A stretch of DNA of 64,000 bases from Chitinophagales bacterium (GTDB lineage Bacteria > Bacteroidota > Bacteroidia > Chitinophagales > Chitinophagaceae), in NCBI GenBank assembly GCA_038207305.1, contig JBBQZY010000016.1:2906-66905 (forward strand). Reading direction: 5' to 3'. This document shows, piece by piece, positions 19,401 through 27,055 of this stretch (the stretch's first letter is position 1; each line of letters starts with the position of its first letter). Below the pieces are notes generated by a model. The model ran no database searches and was not told the origin of the DNA. It saw only the letters and a list, made by a program, of their open reading frames with translations. The position numbers were made by a program, and so were the translations under genes.

Positions 19401-20037
19401 CAAAATAAAGGTTATGACTGCTGTCTATACACAATTCGCTTTGTGAATCAGAATTGTTTCCTTCTCTTAACCGGAAGATATCTTTATGCAAAGGGTTGTT
19501 ATACTGATGAAAGAATTTACCCGTTTTAAAATCATAGAAGACTATATAACCCGAAGCAAACATCCAGATACCTGATTCAGTTCTCACAGAACCCTTGTAC
19601 AACATGCCTATACTGGGCATGCCATTGGCACTTTTCTCATGATCCGGGACGAGCCTGTATTTTCCGTTAGAAGGATTAAGTACAAACAATCCCCCTTCGG
19701 TTACAACCCATAGGTCATCCTTGTTGTCCTGGAAAATGCTTACGATATAACCTATCCAATTCTCTGCATTCTTTGCAGGCTTTAATTTATAATGAATAAT
19801 GATGCTGGTTTTGGGATCAAGTTTATCAAGTCCTCCGGTTGTGCCGACCCAGATAAATCCGAGCCTGTCTTCAAATACAGCATGCATTTCTTTGCTGCTC
19901 AAGGAAGCTGAATCTTTGCCCGATCTGTTGTATACTTTGATCGCGGTTCCCTCATGTTTGTGCAATCCGTTGTAACTGCCAAACCACATGTTATGCTGCC
20001 TGTCTTTTATTAAAATGGTTAACTGGTTTGTGGCCAA
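16459..20037 (-). CDS. Sensor histidine kinase: Reg_prop beta-propellers + Y_Y_Y domain + TM + GAF + LytS-type (His_kinase/HATPase) module
   Basis: The 1192-aa track ORF starts at TTG 20037. It has repeated propeller units (..WFGSYNGL.., ..WVGTTGGL.., ..WVTTNNGI.., ..WVGSMGGV..) and a Y_Y_Y region (VKYYYRLEGSDIEWVELG..SYIIHIRGTD). A TM segment WWFKALLFTAMLALIYFIV follows, then a GAF-like region. The kinase core is MNPHFIFNSLNAI and QPLVENAIWHGL..DDNGIG. The reading frame stays open upstream to 20145 and encodes a signal peptide, so the true 5' end is probably at about 20136 (see finding). Confidence 0.85.
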   Translation of the reverse strand: MATNQLTILIKDRQHNMWFGSYNGLHKHEGTAIKVYNRSGKDSASLSSKEMHAVFEDRLGFIWVGTTGGLDKLDPKTSIIIHYKLKPAKNAENWIGYIVSIFQDNKDDLWVVTEGGLFVLNPSNGKYRLVPDHEKSANGMPSIGMLYKGSVRTESGIWMFASGYIVFYDFKTGKFFHQYNNPLHKDIFRLREGNNSDSQSELCIDSSHNLYFVFNNSALVKYNIITEKLDSFHFNLPKSAWQCCYSLAADYKGNIWIGFRYGGLLYFNNTTKQFTSIRYEDVNSLVQSDYVYSLCEDYLDRMWVTTNNGIFIINYYDSIVQQKYLSDKKEFININYPAGIISQDDKGNIYAPFSAGGLFKYNVFNGSNRYFPVVDTAIRGYGYVFTGDKGEILISHNGTMMIADSSSHNIKLKTDPVGKYKFLAVDKQGIAWVFKHNEHAIYFKKKSGDIYYYNGTPTPEKIASTGFSKQACVSKDNRFFYFLSENADLIKRNLQTLQMDTFLLNKKLVDLNFSYANTRDIADDGNGNIWITSQNGLIRYNIKDKNIFIYTTADGLLHDFSFTLCSDSKNRLWVGSMGGVNLYDAQKNIFLNVFPESPDKLSNYFGSSLEATDGHIYFLFGGKLVNVDPDEFFKQQRKERKLLLDEVQVNGKAVDISKGLLGNLTYQENRIYFRFGLLEFAEPEKVKYYYRLEGSDIEWVELGNRAEVTFNALQPGSYIIHIRGTDVYGNQVSRSLDIPFNITPPYWKKWWFKALLFTAMLALIYFIVKWRETNIKAINAEKLKTQQLNAAQYKSQLELEQIINYFSSSLVDKHTTEDVLWDIAKNLIGRLGFIDCMIYLWNDDKTKMIQKAGFGPKDSVEAINKHLFSVENGQGVVGYVMQTREAVMIADTSRDSRYRPDDLVRLSELTVPIIYNNELLGVIDSEHNEKNFFTQQHLQILSTIATLAANKIKSIEAEQSLQLSQIEMYSMNEQLSKAKLEALRSQMNPHFIFNSLNAIQECILTNKVDAAYEYLSKFSKLQRMVLNNSENELIPLSSEIEMLQLYLSLESLRFSKSFTYNIDIAGIPDTDEIMIPSLLTQPLVENAIWHGLRNKEGDQKLTITYEEKESLLFISIDDNGIGREKAAAIRAQKLGSNQFASKGTAILQKRLQVLAIQLKTPIQLETFDKKDEAGNATGTLVILSFSSDIGTL

Positions 20038-20352
20038 ACCCTGGCCCGTGGTTACATGATAACTTGTTTGCGCAAAGCCGTTTGATACAACGATCAGTGC
20101 AAAAATGATAAGCTGGATATACTTGTTACGGGGAATAAAATTAATTTAGAGTTAAAAGTAATCAAATATTACTCCCGTCAGCTTTCATTGCCTCATTTGA
20201 AAAGCCCGTTGCCTAACTCATTTAAAGCTGGCCAGCCTTTTTTTACCGTTTAATAATCAGTATGCACCAATGATAACTGATAATCAACACTGCATAACTG
20301 TTCCTTATTCACACCTGAACTGCTGCCTACATTTACTTTAAATTAAAGAAGT

Positions 20353-20661
20353 ATGGATGCAACTGCAAATGCATTGACAGAAAAGACGGTTGAACTGGAG
20401 GCTGAAATGAAAGCGGCCGGCTTATGGCAAAAAGACATGCCTGCATGGGTGCATGGTTACAATGATAGCCCCATTGATTCGAAAACAGATTTTGCTCAAT
20501 GGTTACAATTCGTTTTTATTCCCAACCATTTGCAGAAAAATAATACAATCCCTGTTGCTGAAAAGAACCACATCGTATTGCATGCCATCAAATATTTTGG
20601 CGACGACCTTCGAAAGGGGAAACTACTGCGCTTAATTATTGAACTTGATTCTTTATTATAA
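20353..20661 (+). CDS. YqcC family (DUF446) protein
   Basis: 102 aa, colinear with E. coli YqcC as I recall it (LQALEALL..W / EWLQWVLIPRM / LAELEKLDALF). Here the equivalents are VELEAEMKAAGLW, AQWLQFVFIPNHL and LLRLIIELDSLL. Confidence 0.7.
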   Translation: MDATANALTEKTVELEAEMKAAGLWQKDMPAWVHGYNDSPIDSKTDFAQWLQFVFIPNHLQKNNTIPVAEKNHIVLHAIKYFGDDLRKGKLLRLIIELDSLL

Positions 20662-20671
20662 AAATAAATAA

Positions 20672-21934
20672 ATGCAAAGAATAATTTTACTAATGACGAC
20701 CCTGTTGGTTACGTTGATTGATACCTATGGACAAAATGTGGGTATTGGTACGCCAACACCTGCAGATAAACTTTCCGTTGAAACAACTGTTCAGGGTTAT
20801 GGCATCACCCATACTTATGGAGCAGTGAAGGTTGGCACTTATTTGACTTCGCTCAATGCACAATTTGGTACTAAATCAAATCATCCGTTACAGTTTTTTA
20901 CAAATAACGGCGCTGCCCAGGTGGCCTTATTGCAAAACGGAAATTTTGGAATAGGCACAATTGCACCGGCATATTTACTGGAAGTAGCCGGGAATATTGC
21001 CAGTACCGGTAGTACCGGTGGTTTCCGGTTTAATGACAGGGCAAATACAGCAAAAGGTTATCAATGGTATTCTACCGGTGGGAATGCTTATCTATTCCGG
21101 CAACAGGCGCCTAGTGTAAATGCAATTTCAGTTTTAGAAAATGGAAGTATTGGATTCAATGTCGACGTTCCACAAACAGACTTACATGTAAATCCTAATG
21201 GAGCAGGCAGTATATTAATTGGTACAAATAAAAATACAGGTGGTTATACCAATTTAGAAATGGGGATCACAGCCCAGTCCGGGGGAGGCAGTTATATTCA
21301 ATCAACACGTAGTTCAGGTTTGATGCCTGGCTCCTTGTACTTAAATCCAGGCGGGGAATATGTTGGAATAAACATGGCTTCAAATAGCGTGTTGTACGCA
21401 CCACTGGATATCAATCAATCTTCTTCGATCAGGGGAATAAGGATTAGGAATAATGTAACACTCTTATCCAGTAATATCTGGGATATTTATGTTGACAATC
21501 AGCTGAGATTTATGGAATCAGGGTATTTGGCGGCCTATATCGGCGACGATGGTAGCTGGAACCAGGTAAGTGATGCACGTTTAAAAACGGGCATTATAAA
21601 AATGGAAACTGTATTAGATAAAGTAATGGCTTTACAGCCAAAAAAATATCAATACATCAACAACAATCCAACGCATAAAATTTCATCAGGTTTTTTATCC
21701 CAGGATGTGATGCAGGTTTTTCCTGAATTGGTATCTGATTTCCAGCATCCGACAAGTGATACCTCCGACAATACAGTTTATCATGCGATTAATTATGCAG
21801 GATTCAATGTTATTGTCATCAAAGCAATACAGGAGCAGCAGATACAGATAGAAGCCGCCAATGAAAAAAATAATAAGCAGGCAGATTTGATAGAAAAGAT
21901 GCAGGAAGAAATAAATGCACTTAAACAAAGATAA
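20672..21934 (+). CDS. Secreted tail-fibre-like protein with C-terminal Peptidase_S74 intramolecular chaperone domain
   Basis: 420 aa with a signal peptide, then NVGIGTPTPADKLSV. The C-terminal domain starts at SDARLKTGI (nt 21569). It continues LQPKKYQY, GFLSQDVMQVFPELV, INYAGFNVIVIKAIQEQQ and a coiled-coil tail, which is the S74 endosialidase-chaperone pattern. Confidence 0.8.
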   Translation: MQRIILLMTTLLVTLIDTYGQNVGIGTPTPADKLSVETTVQGYGITHTYGAVKVGTYLTSLNAQFGTKSNHPLQFFTNNGAAQVALLQNGNFGIGTIAPAYLLEVAGNIASTGSTGGFRFNDRANTAKGYQWYSTGGNAYLFRQQAPSVNAISVLENGSIGFNVDVPQTDLHVNPNGAGSILIGTNKNTGGYTNLEMGITAQSGGGSYIQSTRSSGLMPGSLYLNPGGEYVGINMASNSVLYAPLDINQSSSIRGIRIRNNVTLLSSNIWDIYVDNQLRFMESGYLAAYIGDDGSWNQVSDARLKTGIIKMETVLDKVMALQPKKYQYINNNPTHKISSGFLSQDVMQVFPELVSDFQHPTSDTSDNTVYHAINYAGFNVIVIKAIQEQQIQIEAANEKNNKQADLIEKMQEEINALKQR

Positions 21935-22089
21935 AATAGAATACAAGAGTTAAAAGCAAAATAGGTGAGCTAAGGCGATATTGGCGCCGAAGTAAAAATA
22001 TAACCAATGCATAAGTTAGTTGCTCTGTTAACAGCGCAGCATAAAATGACAATGGAAGAAATTGAAAAAATAAAAAAATAGACCATACT

Positions 22090-24852
22090 ATGAAGCCATT
22101 TATTATTTTATTCTGCTCCATAATATCTTTATCATCGGCTGCACAAATAACTTTTACCAATTTACCCAATCAGCCACCGGATAACATGATCAGTATTGTT
22201 ACTGATCCTACAAGTAATGATATTTATGCAGCGGCTACTTTAAAAGTGATCAGGTCGGTAAATAATGGTATATCATATACACTGACTGCAAATACCGGCG
22301 CACAGAATTTAAACCTATTATATTTTACTGCTGCCGGGCAATTGTATGCGGGTGCAGATAAAACAAATACAAATGCGGTTGGTTTGATAAAATACAATAA
22401 GGCTGGCGATGCATGGAGTGAAGTAACGGGATCCCCGCAGAATATTACTGCCATAATAGAAGACAACACAGGCAATTTAATTGTAGGAACCGGTACAACG
22501 GGTAACTATACGGCCGCAAATCCTATCAATAAAGGCAATGGTTTTTACTATTATAATATTGTTGCAAATACTTTTACGGCTATCAATAGTGGTTTGGCCT
22601 ATGTTCCTGCTTATTCAGTTTTACCCTTTATAAAATCATTGCAGAAATCTTCCACAGGAGTGGTGTTTGCAGCTACATACGGTGGAGGCGTTTATAAGTG
22701 GAATGGGACATTATGGAACAATTATGGAAGCGGGCTTGCCAATATTTATGTTAATACCCTTAAACTAAATAGCAATGACAGCCTGTATGCAGGTACAGAT
22801 GCAGGTATTAGTGTTATTAGCAATGCTGGTAATTTATGGGGCAATGTAAGCGCCGGCTTGCCCGTAAATAAGCCGGTGAGGTCGATGACGATCGATGCCA
22901 TGGGGAAATTATATGCCGGACTGGGGTATTATCATTACCAAAACGGTAATATGGCCGGCGATCTTTACACAAGTAATAACAACGGAACAAATTGGCAAAA
23001 TGCAAATACAGGCTATGTTGGAGGGGTTATTTATTCAGTACTCGCACATTCATCGGGGAATGTATTTGCAGCTTCGGCAGGCATATGGAAATCTGCAAGC
23101 AGTGGCTTGCTTTGGACTTACTCCATGACCGGTGTAAAAGTTGCGAATCAAACAGTTAAGATAGCAGAAAACAGTGCCGGCCATATTTTCGTGCTTTGTA
23201 AAAATAATGCACTGGGTACAAGACTTCCATACGGAGGTGTATTTCGTTCAACAGATAACGGTATCACGTGGATGCAACTGGTGAATGGGATCAATGCACA
23301 GGGCCTGTTTGAAATCTTTATTGACAGTCATGATAATATCTGGCTTAGCGGGAGTACGATTCGGGCCAATGCAAATGGCACAGGTACCATTTGGGGAACA
23401 CCTGAATTATATAAATCAACAAACAACGGTTTAAACTGGATAAAAAATACCTCCATCGTAACCGCAAGTGATGCGTATACTCATATTGCCGAAACTAAAA
23501 ACGGTAAACTATATGTTGCAAGTTCTTTTGGTACAAGTGTTTCAAACTTATCTTCCAGCAACGATTATAACAGCTTTGATAACACGCTTAATTTACCACC
23601 CAACAATGGGGGGTACAGTTATGGACTGGCTGTTAATAATGCCAATGATGTTTTTCATGGTACAGAAACCAATGGTATCATGCGTTCTATAAGCAATGGT
23701 GCCCCGGGCAGTTTTACAACTGTGGCAGCAGGAGGTAATACTACCGTTTATGTAGACCCATACACCCAATATGTATTCAGCAGTGCAGGACCCAACGCAA
23801 GCATTCATTTTAACTGCTCGACCAATATTAATAATGGCAGCAACATGTTCACATTGTCTAACTTCCCCGGTTTTTGGGCAGATACCCAAGACATGGCTTT
23901 TACAAATACCGGCAAAATCTATTGTGCAGTAAATTCGAGTCATTTCAACCAGGTTGGTTTATACCTCATGCAATCGCCCGTTACTGCAAATTCAAGTTTT
24001 ACCATGCTTATCAATTTCGGCACACTTTCCTTTTACTTTTATAGCCTGTTCATTGATAAATGTGGTTACCTGTATGGTATAGCGCCAGGTGGTGGTATTT
24101 CGGTTTCAACACTGCCTGTAAATACGCCATTGCAAAGCACTTTAAATTTGCCGGCAAACAATGCAACCGGCATTTCAACGACTGCAACGTTGAGCTGGTC
24201 AGCGGTGTGTACACCTGATAGTTTTCATTTACAGGTGGCAACAGATTCTTTATTCGCAAATGTTATTTTTGACAAAGGAAATATAGTGGTTCCTTCTTAT
24301 CAATTACAGTCGGGGAGTTTAACAGGGACCAATCATTTTTTCTGGCGGGTATATGGCATAAATGCAGCGGGTAGAGGCAGTTGGAGTGCAATAAGTAATT
24401 TCAGCACAGCTAACCTGGTGAGTTGTATCGCTGGTAATAATACTTTGTTAACCAACCTGGCCGGAACCAGCTACCAATGGCAGGTAAATACCGGTAGTGG
24501 GTTTGCAGATATAGCTGACAATGCAAATTATGCAGGAACTAATTCAAACACTTTGCTGTTATCTGGTGCACCAACAAGTTGGTATGGATATCAATACCAG
24601 TGTTTGACAGATGGTAATGTTGGAAATATTTTCACTCTTAAATTCGGCGAAACCTGGACCGGAACTGCAGACAGTGACTGGAACAACCCTCTTAACTGGA
24701 ACTGTGGCCAGGTGCCCGACGCAAATACCGATTCATTTATTACCAGTGGCAATGTATTGGTAAATTCAACCGGTATTTGCCGTAGCCTTGAGTCGGGAAC
24801 CGGAACCTCATTCACAGTTAATTTCGGAATTAATTTTACAATTACTAACTAA
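22090..24852 (+). CDS. Secreted BNR/Asp-box beta-propeller repeat protein with Fn3-like region
   Basis: 920 aa with a signal peptide (SLSSAAQ). Asp-box motifs are YTSNNNGTNWQN, WKSASSGLLWTY, FRSTDNGITWMQ and YKSTNNGLNWIK. An Fn3-like segment reads TATLSWSAV..FFWRVYGINAAGRGSWS. No recognisable T9SS CTD. Confidence 0.7.
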   Translation: MKPFIILFCSIISLSSAAQITFTNLPNQPPDNMISIVTDPTSNDIYAAATLKVIRSVNNGISYTLTANTGAQNLNLLYFTAAGQLYAGADKTNTNAVGLIKYNKAGDAWSEVTGSPQNITAIIEDNTGNLIVGTGTTGNYTAANPINKGNGFYYYNIVANTFTAINSGLAYVPAYSVLPFIKSLQKSSTGVVFAATYGGGVYKWNGTLWNNYGSGLANIYVNTLKLNSNDSLYAGTDAGISVISNAGNLWGNVSAGLPVNKPVRSMTIDAMGKLYAGLGYYHYQNGNMAGDLYTSNNNGTNWQNANTGYVGGVIYSVLAHSSGNVFAASAGIWKSASSGLLWTYSMTGVKVANQTVKIAENSAGHIFVLCKNNALGTRLPYGGVFRSTDNGITWMQLVNGINAQGLFEIFIDSHDNIWLSGSTIRANANGTGTIWGTPELYKSTNNGLNWIKNTSIVTASDAYTHIAETKNGKLYVASSFGTSVSNLSSSNDYNSFDNTLNLPPNNGGYSYGLAVNNANDVFHGTETNGIMRSISNGAPGSFTTVAAGGNTTVYVDPYTQYVFSSAGPNASIHFNCSTNINNGSNMFTLSNFPGFWADTQDMAFTNTGKIYCAVNSSHFNQVGLYLMQSPVTANSSFTMLINFGTLSFYFYSLFIDKCGYLYGIAPGGGISVSTLPVNTPLQSTLNLPANNATGISTTATLSWSAVCTPDSFHLQVATDSLFANVIFDKGNIVVPSYQLQSGSLTGTNHFFWRVYGINAAGRGSWSAISNFSTANLVSCIAGNNTLLTNLAGTSYQWQVNTGSGFADIADNANYAGTNSNTLLLSGAPTSWYGYQYQCLTDGNVGNIFTLKFGETWTGTADSDWNNPLNWNCGQVPDANTDSFITSGNVLVNSTGICRSLESGTGTSFTVNFGINFTITN

Positions 24853-25013
24853 ATGCAGTTGCATTTTTCGAATTGCAAATATTGAAGGATGACTATTAAT
24901 TGAATCATCGGTAAATGATGCTTCGGCCATCTGATAATTGTTATCAAGGCAATATTTTTTTTTCATACTCAATGTAATTATAATATTCAGGAACGTATAA
25001 CAAGTTATTTTCG

Positions 25014-25391
25014 ATGGGAAGAAAAGACAAGCTGGTTGTTACTGTGATGCTAATCTTTATACTGGCAAATGTTTCAGTGCTAATAATTGGTATTCTTATA
25101 AACAAACTTCCTTTTTTAACAGGCATCGTAAATTTTATTGCCGCAGTATGCATACTGACTTATTGGGTACAAAAGCAAATTAGGGTAACCCAGCACTTTA
25201 TTGAATGCAGGGAAATTACTGTTTTATTTTTTGAGTTTTTTATAGCAGTTTCTTTCATTTTTTTTATCACAACCGGGAAATGCCAAGCCTGGCAAAGAAT
25301 ATTGCAATATGTTTTTTTTGGAATGCATTTCCTTGCATTAATCGCTGGATTGATCTTCATGCTCACTTTTAAAATAAAAAGGATGATCTGA
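25014..25391 (+). CDS. Hypothetical small integral membrane protein (about 4 TM segments)
   Basis: 125-aa ATG-start ORF with four hydrophobic stretches. Co-directional with the preceding cluster. No recognisable family. Confidence 0.4.
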   Translation: MGRKDKLVVTVMLIFILANVSVLIIGILINKLPFLTGIVNFIAAVCILTYWVQKQIRVTQHFIECREITVLFFEFFIAVSFIFFITTGKCQAWQRILQYVFFGMHFLALIAGLIFMLTFKIKRMI

Positions 25392-26075
25392 TCTGTTAAT
25401 TGCTTTCCTGGAGTTTAAATGGTATAGTGGTTGGGATTGAATAAGAATATTGGGTTGTAAATATTATTGAAAATGCATTCCCGGGAAATAATCCATATGG
25501 AAAAAGCAATTGGGGAGAGTGACTTTTAATATAATGTGACTTTCCTGCCAAAATTAAAATGGTGACTTTTTGATATAGTTGAATCCCCAGTAACATTTTT
25601 TTATTACAAAATCCTGTAGCATTTTTTGAGCCAAACAAATTAATATAGTCACAAAACCGATCTGCCAGGATTAAGAACTCTTACGTGTTGGCAGCAGTAA
25701 TTGAATTTATGTATACTATTTTGCTACCTGCAAAAAGCAGCTACACTGCAGTGCTGGCTTGCTGATTTTCATGCTTTTTGTACAAAATGGGAGATATATT
25801 AAATGAATAATTTGATAAATATTTATTTGGAATTCTAACAGAAGACATTAATTATATCTCGATTTAGTTACCCCAACTAACTAACGATACTTCTACTCAA
25901 CCAACACTATTCCTCCGAAAAGACAGTCATTTTTCCACAATTCCGTTTGAGCAATCGTCTTTTTACCAAAGACTAGGTCATTATTAACTGCAAACCTCTT
26001 GTGTGAGACCTAAGCTTATGCCCAGGTGGGCGCAGGACAAACTGCAACATTGCTTTTCGGAACATCGGGCAGTGA

Positions 26076-26450
26076 GTCGGATCCGGAGCAATACACAGAA
26101 TCTTACCGGCTCACCGTGTTGTAATTTCAAATACATCGCAAAGCAGGACAAATAATACTGCTGGTGATGAAGGAACTAAAACGATCACTAAAGCCAATCC
26201 TAACAAGACATTGAGCATCGAAGTTTATCCCAACCCTTCAAATGCAGCATTCACGCTGGAAATGAGAAGATACAGCGATGATAAGTTATCGATCATTGTG
26301 ACTGATATGCTTGGTAACGGGGTTTACCAGGCTGAAGGTCCGACGCGTGAACGCTATAGGTTCGGAGATAATTTCAGCGCTGGCATCTACCTGGTGCAGG
26401 TTCTGCAGGGGAATAATAAGCAAAGCATGAAATTATTGAAAGGGCATTAA
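26076..26450 (+). pseudogene. Orphan T9SS type A C-terminal sorting domain (Por_Secre_tail), relic of a lost cargo gene
   Basis: The frame is open from the stop at 26073-26075 to 26450. The last 79 aa (track ORF 26211..26450, TTG) read SIEVYPNPSNAAFTLEM...IIVTDMLGNGVYQ...FSAGIYLVQVLQGNNKQSMKLLK, a complete type A CTD. No catalytic or adhesin body and no signal peptide lie upstream. Confidence 0.6.
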
Positions 26451-26465
26451 CCCGATCTTTTATTC

Positions 26466-26712
26466 TATGCCAAGTTTCATAGCTTGTATCGTTCTGTTGT
26501 TTTTTTTATGCGCTGGATGCACAAACGTTTAATGCTGTGGGTGGTTCTATACCGGATAGCGGCCGGCGAGCATGTTTTTTGCCAGCGGTATCAGATATAT
26601 GCACCACCAGGCTCTTAGGAACTTGCTTCTGTTTACCCTGACATCACGCATAGTAACAGGGTATGTTTGCTCCTGATGACGATGCTCTTTTGAACTGGAG
26701 TTTACTTTTTAA
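26466..26712 (+). pseudogene. Decayed proprotein-convertase P-domain-like secreted protein gene (frameshift at a T8 tract plus internal deletion)
   Basis: ATG 26466 gives MPSFIACIVLLFFLCAGCTNV*. Removing one T from T8 (26499-26506) gives MPSFIACIVLLFFYALDAQTFNAVGGSIPDSG.., a signal peptide plus the start of a P-domain. Further fragments DITHS (about 26640) and DDDALLNWSLLF (about 26672-26707) sit in other frames and are too close together for an intact domain. Confidence 0.45.
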
Positions 26713-27055
26713 ACCTTCCTCTTGCTTGCTGTCTGGGCAACTTTGTGGCTATTTTTTTGCCACGAACATACAATGTCGCTAAGATGCACAAAGAAATAAA
26801 CTGATCAATAAATAATATCGTGAATGGATAGAAGAAAATGTAGCACCATAAACTGCTCAAACTGTCTGCCAGCTTGGGTTTATTAGAATTATTTATTAAA
26901 TTAATATGAAAAAATGCAATAATTAATTATATTCGCAGCCTGTATCATATAGTTTTTAACTACTATGTAGTCCGTTAGTTTACCAAGCCAAAACCCTTTT
27001 CCTATAATTTACCAGGTCCTTATCAACCAAAGCTTAACGCATTAACCAACGCTTC

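Noticed and set aside
20672-21934. S74 tail-fibre-like genes (also 54752-57292) as evidence for a prophage or phage remnant
   Set aside because: No integrase, terminase, capsid, tail tube/sheath, baseplate, holin/lysin or att-like repeats lie in the flanks. Both proteins carry Sec signal peptides, which argues for host surface proteins.
25519-25569. Three copies of GTGACTTT (25519, 25536, 25562)
   Set aside because: The 8-mer is short and sits in AT-rich non-coding DNA. The spacing is irregular (17 and 26 nt) and no adjacent regulator or gene start is present. This is compatible with chance.
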